51,134 bases of DNA from Klebsormidium nitens. Its lineage: Eukaryota > Plantae > Klebsormidiophyceae. Under the pieces are notes generated by a model. The model was not told where the DNA came from, ran no database searches, and saw nothing but the letters and a program-made list of their open reading frames with translations. This document shows, one piece after another, positions 35,479-44,950 of the stretch. The stretch is from assembly GCA_000708835.1 (NCBI GenBank), contig DF237589.1:1-51134 (forward strand), in the 5' to 3' direction. Both the position numbers and the translations under genes were made by a program. Position 1 is the stretch's first letter; each line of letters opens with the position of its first letter.

Positions 35479-38250
35479 ATGTACGAAGAAATGGCGGACG
35501 CCCAAGCTAGCCTCTCAGGACCTCAGGCCGCTCATGTTCCTAGGCCCGCAGGTGCCCAAGCCGTTGCAGACGAGATCCAACGGCTCTCCAACGTTGGGCT
35601 ATATGCAGTCCCTGTGCGCATGTTTTGGAATAAAATGGAGGGTAAGAAAGATGCCAACTTTCCATACAAGTATGCGCACATCACAACACCAGAGTTGTGG
35701 AAACATTCTATCAACAAAGCAAAGCAAGAAAGGAAGGACGCCAACGGCATCGCAATTTTGACACGTCCCAGTCGGATCTTTGTGGTCGATATTGATGTGT
35801 CCTCCAAAGATGGAAGATCACCGGGGCTCCAGCTCTGGAACCAACTTGTCAAAGAACACGGTGAGCCTCAAACATTAAAGGCACAATCAGGGTCCGGAGG
35901 GTACCATTACTATTTTAAGGCAGCTACACCCGGCCTCAGATGCACCCGTAACTTTGCAGGCATCAAGGTTGGTGACATCGAACATGGTATTGACGGTCGA
36001 GCCGGTGGAGGGATCGTTTTTGCTCAGCCTGCAAGCTACGTCAAGCCTCAGGGCAAACTTGCGACCTACAGATGGCTCAATGGGCCCGCCAGCTTTGAAG
36101 CATGTCAAGACATGCCTTCGTGGCTCGTAAAATTTCTCAACGATTACGTTCAACAAACTGCAACCGACGAGATCAAAAAGCACAATTCATGCAAGAGTGA
36201 CTTGTCGGATGCTACCCCATCTGTTGTTGACATGTCAACACCTCTTCAAGATGTGCAAGGCACGGAGGCCCTCCCTGGATTGGAGGGTGCACTTCAAGAG
36301 ATCAAGAGATTGATGCGTGATGAAGTGCAAGACGAGAATAGCACTTTCAACGGGATCGAGGAGAGGACCCCTAATGGGTGGCGAATCATAAAGTTTAGGA
36401 CGAACGGCGTGCGAACTTGCTTAAATGGTCACCAACACGATTCGAATCAGTTTAGTATCTTGAGTAACGGGGGCATTTTCGTGTACCGTTGTCTGAGTCC
36501 AGGGTGCATTGACCGGCCAAAGCAACTGCTAGGCATTCACTTTTGGCCCGAGTGTCTGCCACTGAGAGCGGATGGGAAAGTCATCAAGGACTGTGAACGC
36601 TATCTGCTCCCCTTTGAAGCACCGAACAATGGGGACGCCGATAAGAAGAAGAGCAAAGAAGATGACGACCGCACCAAAAAAGCAAAAGTGGATCTACAAG
36701 ATCTCGTATTACGCATCATGAATCACTACTTTGCAGTGGTTGTTGAAACGACGAGAACAGTCTACCTCGAGACCATCTACGCACGAGACGCAACCGGCCA
36801 TCTTCAGCGAGAGGAGACAATCAATCGGTCCGGCCATAACTTTCTCGAGAGATGCAAAAACTTGCAGCTCTACAGTATGCCCGGCAGAGCAAAGGATGTG
36901 GCAAAGTGGTGGGAAAGCAGTCCAAAACGCCGCGAATACGATCAAATCGTGTTTGAGCCGGACCTCTCTAGAGTTCCTTCTCGACACTTCAATCTGTTTT
37001 GCGGGCTCAATTTTGAACCGGTCACGTGCAAGTTGACCGATGCCGAGCTCATCGAGTGTGAAGGCAAGATGCCAAAGCTTATCTGGCACATTCGCAATGT
37101 TTTAAGTGATCAATCCACCGAACGCTTTGAATACAACATAAAGTGGATGGCGCATGGAGTTCAAAGGCCCTGGCGGAAGATCCAAGTGGCTTTTGTGTTT
37201 CGCGGCCCGCAAGGGTGCGGCAAATCGACGTTGTGGGATTTCTACGGCCTCAAGATACTTGGAGGCAAAGTTTACTTGTATTGTAATGAAATCGAAAAGG
37301 TCATTGGACGGTTCAACTCTCTTGGAGTCAACAAGCTTCTGATTGTTCTGGACGAGGCGGGCTCATGGGGCGGAGCGTACAAAATGAACGATCGGATGAA
37401 GTCCGCAATCACGCAAGAGTTGACGTGCCTCGAACTCAAGGGGCAAGACGCAATCATCGTGCAAGACAAGTGCAATTTCGTATTTACCACCAACAATGCT
37501 TGGCCAGTAAAAAGAGAAGCGGATGATCGTCGATACTCCTGCCAAGATTGCTCGGGAGTCAAAGTTGGAAACAAGAAGTACTTTGACGAGCTTCTGCAGG
37601 AGCTGGAAGATCCGCAAACTGCTTTTCATTTTCATCAATATTTGTCGTCGATCGACATCTCCGATTGGGATCCCAAAAAGATGCCAGTTACCACGTGGGG
37701 TGAAGAATTGAAGGACCATTCGATCCCCCCCTATGTTCAAATGGTTCAAGCTCTCCTCGAGAATGGTTGCTTCCATCCACATTTGGAGACGTGGGTCGCA
37801 TCTGTGGATATCAAGCGTACATACGACACGTTCTGTGCACAAATGGACATCAAAGAGGATCGCCATATTGATGTCAATGTTTTGATGCGCTCCCTGAAAG
37901 GCGTCTTTCACATGAGGGCACAAGCGCGTACCATTCAAGGGAAGCGAACGCACAAAGGTTGGTGGTTCCCCCCGCAAAGCGCTGTTTGCAAGGCGCTTCA
38001 TGATGGCAAGCTGTTGAGTTCGACCGTCGAATGGGTCGATACTTGGCAACGAATTGAGTACGACGAAGACAAAGAAGGGCCGTGGATTGCAGCTGCCAAA
38101 TCGAGTGATAATTTGAAAGACCCTCAGAAGCTGAACGTCGATGCTCCTTGCTCGTGTTGTGGAAACAATCATGGGTGGCGGGTGCGAAGGGATAACGAGG
38201 GACATATTGAGACGCGTAAAGAGACAGAAGATGGATCGTCTGATGCTTGA
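35479..38250 (+). CDS. Bifunctional primase-polymerase (AEP Prim-Pol) fused to a D5-like superfamily 3 helicase (923 aa)
   Basis: Prim-Pol: GIAILT...FVVDIDV (D104/D106), SGSGGYHYYF (H143), IDGRAGGGIVFAQPAS. Zn-like CLNGHQH...CLSPGC. Helicase: Walker A GPQGCGKS, Walker B LIVLDEA, motif C FTTNN, DDRRY. Confidence 0.93.
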   Translation: MYEEMADAQASLSGPQAAHVPRPAGAQAVADEIQRLSNVGLYAVPVRMFWNKMEGKKDANFPYKYAHITTPELWKHSINKAKQERKDANGIAILTRPSRIFVVDIDVSSKDGRSPGLQLWNQLVKEHGEPQTLKAQSGSGGYHYYFKAATPGLRCTRNFAGIKVGDIEHGIDGRAGGGIVFAQPASYVKPQGKLATYRWLNGPASFEACQDMPSWLVKFLNDYVQQTATDEIKKHNSCKSDLSDATPSVVDMSTPLQDVQGTEALPGLEGALQEIKRLMRDEVQDENSTFNGIEERTPNGWRIIKFRTNGVRTCLNGHQHDSNQFSILSNGGIFVYRCLSPGCIDRPKQLLGIHFWPECLPLRADGKVIKDCERYLLPFEAPNNGDADKKKSKEDDDRTKKAKVDLQDLVLRIMNHYFAVVVETTRTVYLETIYARDATGHLQREETINRSGHNFLERCKNLQLYSMPGRAKDVAKWWESSPKRREYDQIVFEPDLSRVPSRHFNLFCGLNFEPVTCKLTDAELIECEGKMPKLIWHIRNVLSDQSTERFEYNIKWMAHGVQRPWRKIQVAFVFRGPQGCGKSTLWDFYGLKILGGKVYLYCNEIEKVIGRFNSLGVNKLLIVLDEAGSWGGAYKMNDRMKSAITQELTCLELKGQDAIIVQDKCNFVFTTNNAWPVKREADDRRYSCQDCSGVKVGNKKYFDELLQELEDPQTAFHFHQYLSSIDISDWDPKKMPVTTWGEELKDHSIPPYVQMVQALLENGCFHPHLETWVASVDIKRTYDTFCAQMDIKEDRHIDVNVLMRSLKGVFHMRAQARTIQGKRTHKGWWFPPQSAVCKALHDGKLLSSTVEWVDTWQRIEYDEDKEGPWIAAAKSSDNLKDPQKLNVDAPCSCCGNNHGWRVRRDNEGHIETRKETEDGSSDA

Positions 38251-38264
38251 CAGGTACCTCTCTT

Positions 38265-38695
38265 CTTATTACCCCTTCATTACTCTATTCTATTACACAC
38301 AACACACATGATCGAACCTATGAACAGCTTAACAACGCAGATGTGCATGACTTCATTACCTTATTACCCCTTGTATTTGTATGTGTGCATTTCTTTCGAC
38401 TTTTGCAATGCCCAACCACGTGTTTTGATAAAAAGAAAGCGACTTGACAGTGGGGGTAATGGTGTCACGAGTGATGGGTACATACGTATGCTTATTACCT
38501 TCTTATTACTCTTCTTAACACACAACAACACACATGATTGAACCCATGAGCAACCCAGAAATCGCCGGCGCAGTTACTCCATGATTGCATTATCCCTCAT
38601 TTCCAAATACTTGTGAACATCGTTTTCCAACATTTCAAATGCCCAACATGCTGTTCTCCAAAAAGAAAAGGACTTAAAAAGATGGGTAATACGGT
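38265..38695. repeat. Two imperfect ~200-bp direct repeats, each bounded by inverted ATTACC(C)...GGGTAAT
   Basis: 38265-38463 vs 38491-38695 share CTTATTACC, ACAACACACATGAT.GAACC.ATGA, AATGCCCAAC, AAAAAGAAA..GACTT and GGGTAAT. Confidence 0.8.
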
Positions 38696-38719
38696 TGCAA
38701 GGTATGAAGGACTTCAAAG

Positions 38720-41700
38720 TCAACAACGCCCCCTCTTGATCGAGTCTCTCAACGGATTGCTAGCCTTGCTCCAGTAGACTGCGTACTTTGACCGTTCGAA
38801 CAATGTATCAAGGATCGTTGTGACTCTACTCAGCAGCCGTTTGATGCTCGTGATCTGTTGGAGGCTAGGCGCGCATCTCTTCAAGCCCGAGTTGATGCCC
38901 TCCGATGCCGTCGTGATCGTCTGGGCATGTTGGGGAAAGGAATCGATGAAGAGTGTCGGCGAGCACGTGTGCGTTGCATAGCGCTTGGCCCCCGAGGGAG
39001 CGCAGCTGATTGGCCCCGAGTGAAAGCGGTCCACCACAAACAACATGAACTTAGCTATCTGTGGCACCCGGTTGAGGAACCATTCCTGGGCATTGCAGGC
39101 AGCGTCCTCGACAATTGTGAGCCCCCGCAGCGCCTTGAAAGGGAACCGCGTGAGCAGCACGGTTCCCAAGTCCGACACGGACTCGCCCCCCTTCAGCCAA
39201 TGATAACCGAGGGGCGCCCGATCTTGGCAGCACGCGATGAAAACCCCCGCCCGGCCCTTTGACGACCGCGGATTTGGAGCGCTACAGTGCTGGGTGAGAC
39301 GCTCCTCCGATCCCTTCTTTCCACGCCCAGTGCCATCCTCCCAATCCAAAAATTGAGGCCGCCCGTACAACAGAGGGTGGAAGTCGTACGAGGAAACAGC
39401 TTGGACTCGTTCAGCATAAGCCACGGAGGGCGCTGAAAGGAACCCCCCCTCCCCATAGCACTGAGGCTCGCGCGTTTCTAACTCGAACAGCAGCGAGTTG
39501 GCGACCCTCTTCAGAGCCGCCGCGTGCCTTTCCGCGTACCCCATCGCCGCCGGCTCCGGTTGGCCCACGAGCCTCAGCTTCTCGCCCTCAATCGTCCACA
39601 AATGCTCCGTAGCATCATGGAGGGCCGCCAAGGGCGACCGAGGGGACGAGGTTGGCCGGTTCGCGCTCGGCTCGAAGCACAGTAGGTTCGTGGCGTAGAT
39701 GTCGCGCAAGAGGGGCCGCAGAGTTGGGGGGCAGATGTACAACCCTCCAGCGACCGGATGCAGGCGCAAGATGGTTGCCAGCATTGGGGCGTCCTCGGAG
39801 AGGTATGCCATTCCACGCTCGTCCAACGGCCCCTCTAGCAGGAGGTGTCGAAGCAACTTCAGCCCCACCACATGCCCAAACACCCACGAGTAGCGAGGGA
39901 TGAGGAGCGCGTGAAGGAGGGCCCCATACGGCTGCCAGTGGTTGGGGCACCATCCTGTCGCCCCGACCCGCCCGTCTTTCAGATGCCCTTGCATCCAAGG
40001 ACGCCGCGGGATTCCCTTGCATACCGCGCACGCGGTTGGATCCGCACATCCGACACCCGACTCCGTCACGAAGTCAATCAAGGCCCGCACGTTTGCTGGC
40101 AACCCCTCCCGCATGGCGACGAACTCCTCCGGCTTCAGAGGCGCATTGCTCCCTTGCGCTTGCGCTTTTCGAAAGTTGCACCAACGTTGCGCCAGAGCAC
40201 GCACGGCCGGCCGCAGCTCCGAAAGCCCGTTCCGATACTTCCACTCGCAATCGATCCCCTCTGACGGCACGACAGAGGGCCGCACCCCCCCAACGCTCAG
40301 AGGAGTGAAACCCCCAGCCACTCGAGACGCCTCTGGATCCGGCTCACAGACGCTATGAAGCGACGCCTCCGTCTGAGAGTCCCTCATAGCGCTCGAGTTG
40401 GCGAAGAAGGTGCCATCAAAAGTGACGACTTTGTCCCTCCCAAAAGCATAAGTGGCCAGCTCAGATTTTGCCCCCTCCGTTCGCTCCTGCCGCAAAGGCG
40501 TTCCGGCCGAGCGCGCCTCCGTCTCAGCCGCCTCGACCTCGCTCGAGTACAGGTGCGCGCAATCGGCACGCGCGAGCACACGTGCTGGATGCGCGAGCGC
40601 GCAGCCAGATCATTGAAGGCTTGCATGGCCGAGTCGAAGACCCGGTCGTCCAACCGTGGGACGGTCGGGCCCTCAAGGCACCGCGAGGCCATGTCGTTGG
40701 CCTCGAAGTTCAGGCTGTGAGAAGCGCCGAGCGCCGCCGCAAAGTGATTCCGAAGCAGCAGGCCGTGGGAGATGAGGGTGGTCCCCGAGAAGTTGAAGAT
40801 ATCATCTTCCTGCAGAGAGGTTGAAGAGGACGGTCAACTATCATGGTCTTCAAAAAGCACTTTCACATCTTCCAAGTATAGCTGCTGAAGACACTCCTTT
40901 GCTCTGACCTGACTCTGTTTGTACTCTGCGCAGAACGTTTCTAGATCCTTCTTGTAAAGCGTCATCATACTAACGAATGCATCCAACGTCCGAGAATCTG
41001 GAAAGAAGTCCTTCACCATCTCTGAGTCGGGCCTCATGTCATAGTCCACTTGGTCTTCGCAGTCCGATGTTTCAGAGGAGTTGGGATCCTCGTCCGAATT
41101 GCCTCCGGGCGCGTCCTCGTTGAAACACCTCAGATCAGATATACGGCCAGCTTTACCCCACGATCCTCTCACAAGGATACTGTACAACATGTTCAGAGCT
41201 TGCTTCTCTGATATCACACTGACATCCAACTCATCAAAGTAGACGTCATCAAAGTAGAAAGACATCTCCGTCGTGTCTGTGAACCTAAGGCAAGAGTAGT
41301 GTGTCTTAGCATACCAGCATATTTCGGTTGGAACATATGTGACGTGGTACATGTAATCAAAGTCGTACACGTCATGCGAGTACGCCCCATTTTCGGGCAG
41401 AACGAGGAGCTCTCTCTCAAACAGCCGTTTCTGATTGCAGATCCAATGATAGTGCACCGTGATTTCCCTTCTCTTCACGCGATCGCCAATGTCTTTTGCA
41501 ACGTCGAGAGGCAGCATCATGTAGACCTCTCTCAGATGTATAGGCTCCATCACAGACCTANNNNNNNNNNNNNNNNNNNNNNNNNNNNNNNNNNNNNNNN
41601 NNNNNNNNNNNNNNNNNNNNNNNNNNNNNNNNNNNNNNNNNNNNNNNNNNNNNNNNNNNNNNNNNNNNNNNNNNNNNNNNNNNNNNNNNNNNNNNNNNNN

Positions 41701-43675
41701 NNNNNNNNNNNNNNNNNNNNNNNNNNNNNNNNNNNNNNNNNNNNNNNNNNNNNNNNNNNNNNNNNNNNNNNNNNNNNNNNNNNNNNNNNNNNNNNNNNNN
41801 NNNNNNNNNNNNNNNNNNNNNNNNNNNNNNNNNNNNNNNNNNNNNNNNNNNNNNNNNNNNNNNNNNNNNNNNNNNNNNNNNNNNNNNNNNNNNNNNNNNN
41901 NNNNNNNNNNNNNNNNNNNNNNNNNNNNNNNNNNNNNNNNNNNNNNNNNNNNNNNNNNNNNNNNNNNNNNNNNNNNNNNNNNNNNNNNNNNNNNNNNNNN
42001 NNNNNNNNNNNNNNNNNNNNNNNNNNNNNNNNNNNNNNNNNNNNNNNNNNNNNNNNNNNNNNNNNNNNNNNNNNNNNNNNNNNNNNNNNNNNNNNNNNNN
42101 NNNNNNNNNNNNNNNNNNNNNNNNNNNNNNNNNNNNNNNNNNNNNNNNNNNNNNNNNNNNNNNNNNNNNNNNNNNNNNNNNNNNNNNNNNNNNNNNNNNN
42201 NNNNNNNNNNNNNNNNNNNNNNNNNNNNNNNNNNNNNNNNNNNNNNNNNNNNNNNNNNNNNNNNNNNNNNNNNNNNNNNNNNNNNNNNNNNNNNNNNNNN
42301 NNNNNNNGAAGACTCGCACCTGCCGCCCGCCGCGCCACGCCGCCGCGTCTGACCCTCTGAGAACCGCCCCAACCAATCCGCTCTGATCGATTGGCAAGAC
42401 CCACGAGACGCCGCTTGTGACCTCTCGAACGAACGGACGGCTTCCGTCAAAGGCCGTGAAGATGGCTTCCCCGCCCTGCCACCAGCCGCCCATAGAACGG
42501 GTCCCCTCCAGGAACCCCATTTCGTGGTCCCGGCACGCCTTTTGACCGCAGAGGCACTGGAAGCTGACCGTGTGGTCGACCTTGACGAGCCGGGGGACGT
42601 TACTGAGCCCTCGATCCGTGGCAGAGATGTCCAGGAGGCGCCCACTGGAGGCGTCGAGCAGGGACACAAGAAAGAGGCCGGGGGCGACGGCGATCGGGGG
42701 GATCTTGCTTCGGGTGAGCTCCGAGAGGAGGGCAACCGAGCCGAGCTCTCGTGGGCTCGGCCCCTCATCGAGCGCCCTCTTTACCCCCCGCTTCAATGGA
42801 GCAGCCGTTCTAGATTCGCGGCAGAATGGGCAGGCGGCAAGGTCCCTCCTCTGCACGAAAAACTGGTGGCCGCCCTCGCTTGCCTCCTCCCCTGACTGTA
42901 CCTCTCGAAGCTCCTTCGTCCCATGGAAGGTTTCATACTTGGTAAAAAGCTCTTGCTGAGGAACGGGGCATCCGCTCGCGCTCGAGACAAAGGGGCGTCC
43001 AGCTTCATACTCGGCTTCTACGCACCGCAAGCACAGGAGGTGCCCTCCTCCACCCCGACAGATCAGTGCTCCACCCCTGTTCCGTTTCCGCTCCCAGACA
43101 AAGGGTTCGCTGCCCCGCGTGTAGACCGCTCCTTTCCCGCTGCACGTGCGTCCAATGCACGTCGAGCCGAATCCGCCTCGAGCAAAAGCTCCAGCAGGCT
43201 GCAGACTGAAGGCAAACCCATAGTCGAACATAAAGTCCGTGCCCCCCTGCTTGGCTGCATAGGACGGGCGCCCTCCTCGCACGCCCCCAGCATTTGGCAG
43301 GGGCGGGACGGCAGCCGGGACGCTTCTGACGTCGCGGAAAAGTGGAGCCGAGCCCTGGAAGTAGACTGCCGCGTAGCTCCGAACGGCTTGACCAAGGGCT
43401 AGCGCCTCATGCAATTGTGCGTTGGCGGCGGGGTTGGTTGAGGCGAGGAGCACGACATTGGAAGGCTCTTTCACATCTCGAGAGACCGTCGCAGGGTCCA
43501 TCCTGCCACGGGAACGAAAGAGAAACTCTGAGTTTTGGTCGTTCTCAATCTCCCTAAGCTCTTGCAAGATTCTAGTGGGTTCTCTTGCATCTTGGAACAG
43601 CGCCATCAGCATCCACCTCACGGCAAAGCAGATCCTGGCATTCTGAGCCCGAATCTTATCCCTAAGCTCTTGCAA
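38720..43675 (-). mobile_element. KDZ-superfamily (Kyakuja-Dileera-Zisupton) transposase gene, spliced, one apparent frameshift
   Basis: Core motifs: VTFDGTFF; GVFIACC...GYHWLKGGESVSDLGTVLLTRFP; IVEDAACNAQEWFLNRVP; VVDRFH...HTC; TASEGINSGLK. Upstream: DDIFNFSGTTLISHGLL and Cys clusters (CLRC, CPFC, FQCLCGQKACRDH). Predicted intron 42319-40810; frame change near 40565-40585. The 5' end is uncertain and may extend to ~44000. Confidence 0.8.
40834..41550 (-). CDS. Hypothetical intronless ORF (at least 238 aa) nested in the predicted KDZ intron
   Basis: Stop-free frame from the gap edge (41560) to 40834: MEPIHLREVYMMLPLDVAKDIG... aromatic-rich, with an acidic tail. Less GC-rich than the flanking transposase exons. 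Confidence 0.65.
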   Translation of the reverse strand: MEPIHLREVYMMLPLDVAKDIGDRVKRREITVHYHWICNQKRLFERELLVLPENGAYSHDVYDFDYMYHVTYVPTEICWYAKTHYSCLRFTDTTEMSFYFDDVYFDELDVSVISEKQALNMLYSILVRGSWGKAGRISDLRCFNEDAPGGNSDEDPNSSETSDCEDQVDYDMRPDSEMVKDFFPDSRTLDAFVSMMTLYKKDLETFCAEYKQSQVRAKECLQQLYLEDVKVLFEDHDS

Positions 43676-44139
43676 AAACGCATAATTCTACTCATAGTGA
43701 TCGATGCGAGAATTGAAGGATCGTTGGCTAATCTCACGGGCAAGAAAGGAGCATGTTGGCACGAGCTGGCGGTGCTTGCTGGAGGTTGACAAGGTCCGGA
43801 GAGGCCCGTGCTGGTGCAACGCGGCAAGGTTTGGCGAGAACTGGCAGCATGTGGGCCAAAAGTACCATGGACCAGACTCGAAGTCGGCATAACCCCTTGA
43901 CCGTTGCCAGCCTGCAGATAAGATGTTGTCGTAAAAAGCATAAGCGCTGAGAGAGTCGCGGCAACCCTGTGCAAGACATGGGCGCTCACACGGGCAGCCA
44001 TTTTCAAACTTTCAGTGGCATTTCCAAATTGTCAGTGGCAACCAGTCAGAACTTCCTCCATGAGTAGAAGCTTTGTATACCTCTAGGTCAAAGCTTTTGA
44101 CTCATAGGCAAGACCGTCTTTCTCTGGAGAAGGCTGTGA

Positions 44140-44950
44140 GTGATAGTGCACACCAGTCAAAGGTTCCTTTGTATGTATAAGCTTTTCATCCCTTGAGGAC
44201 GAATCTTTTGACTCGTGAGACATTTCGTCCATTTTCCCAGAAAGTTGTAAGTGATAGCGCAAGACAGTCAAAAGCTCCCTCGTGAGTATAAGCTTTTCAT
44301 CCTCTGAGGTTAGGAATTTTGACTTGATTGTAAGGCCGACCATTCCACCAACAATCCAACAGATGTTGTGAGTGATAGCGCCCGCCAGTCAAAAGTTCCC
44401 TCCTAATATAAGCATTTGAGCTTTTCAAGACAGAACTTGTGACTTCTCCGCAAGGTCGACCATTCAACGCAAGATTCTCAATAGCTGTGGGTGATAGCAC
44501 CCACCAGTCAAAAGTTCCCTCTTGATATAAGCATTTGAGCTTTTCAAGATCGAACTTCTGACGTCCTCGCAGAGCCGACCATCCCACCAGCGATTCGACA
44601 GATATTTTTGACTCGCTGCAAGGCCGGGCCGACCATGCATTCTACCAAGAATCCGACAGATGTTGTCAGTGATATGGTGATAGCGCCCACCAGTCAAAAG
44701 TCCCCTCTTGATATAAGCAATTGAGCTTTTCAAGATAGACCTTCTGACTTCCTCGCAAGGCCAACCATTCCACGCAAGATTCTCAAACGCTGTGGGTGAT
44801 AGCGCCCACCAGTCAAAACTTCCCTCTTGATATAAGCAATTGAGCTTTTCAAGACAGATTTTTTGACTTCCTCGCAAGGCCAACCATTCCACGCAAGATT
44901 CTCAAACGCTGTGGGTGATAGCGCCCGCCAGTCAAAACTTCCCTCTTGAT
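44140..44950. repeat. Tandem array of ~119-bp units (7 copies, degenerating leftward)
   Basis: The anchor GTGATAG(C/T)..cc.CAGTCAAA starts at 44140, 44251, 44372, 44491, 44677, 44796 and 44915 (spacings 111, 121, 119, 186, 119, 119). Confidence 0.92.

Larger units (their letters stand above)
33949..38695. mobile_element. Intronless virus/plasmid-like cassette: tyrosine recombinase + small ORF + Prim-Pol/SF3 helicase + downstream repeat block
   Basis: Three tightly packed intact ORFs (32-bp and 91-bp spacers), no introns, visibly lower GC than host exons. Boundaries are undetermined; the left side runs toward the gap at 32905-33397. Confidence 0.75.

Noticed and set aside
33949-38250. Calling the cassette a complete Polinton-like virus, virophage, Crypton or Starship
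   Set aside because: No capsid, ATPase or PolB genes or TIRs are seen. Cryptons lack a helicase, and the YR does not show recognisable DUF3435 features.
44083-44892. Minus-strand ORFs with repeated ELLTGGRYH peptides; also considered as a CRISPR-like array
   Set aside because: The 119-bp period shifts frame each unit. Whole units are homologous with no unique spacers, and no cas genes are present.
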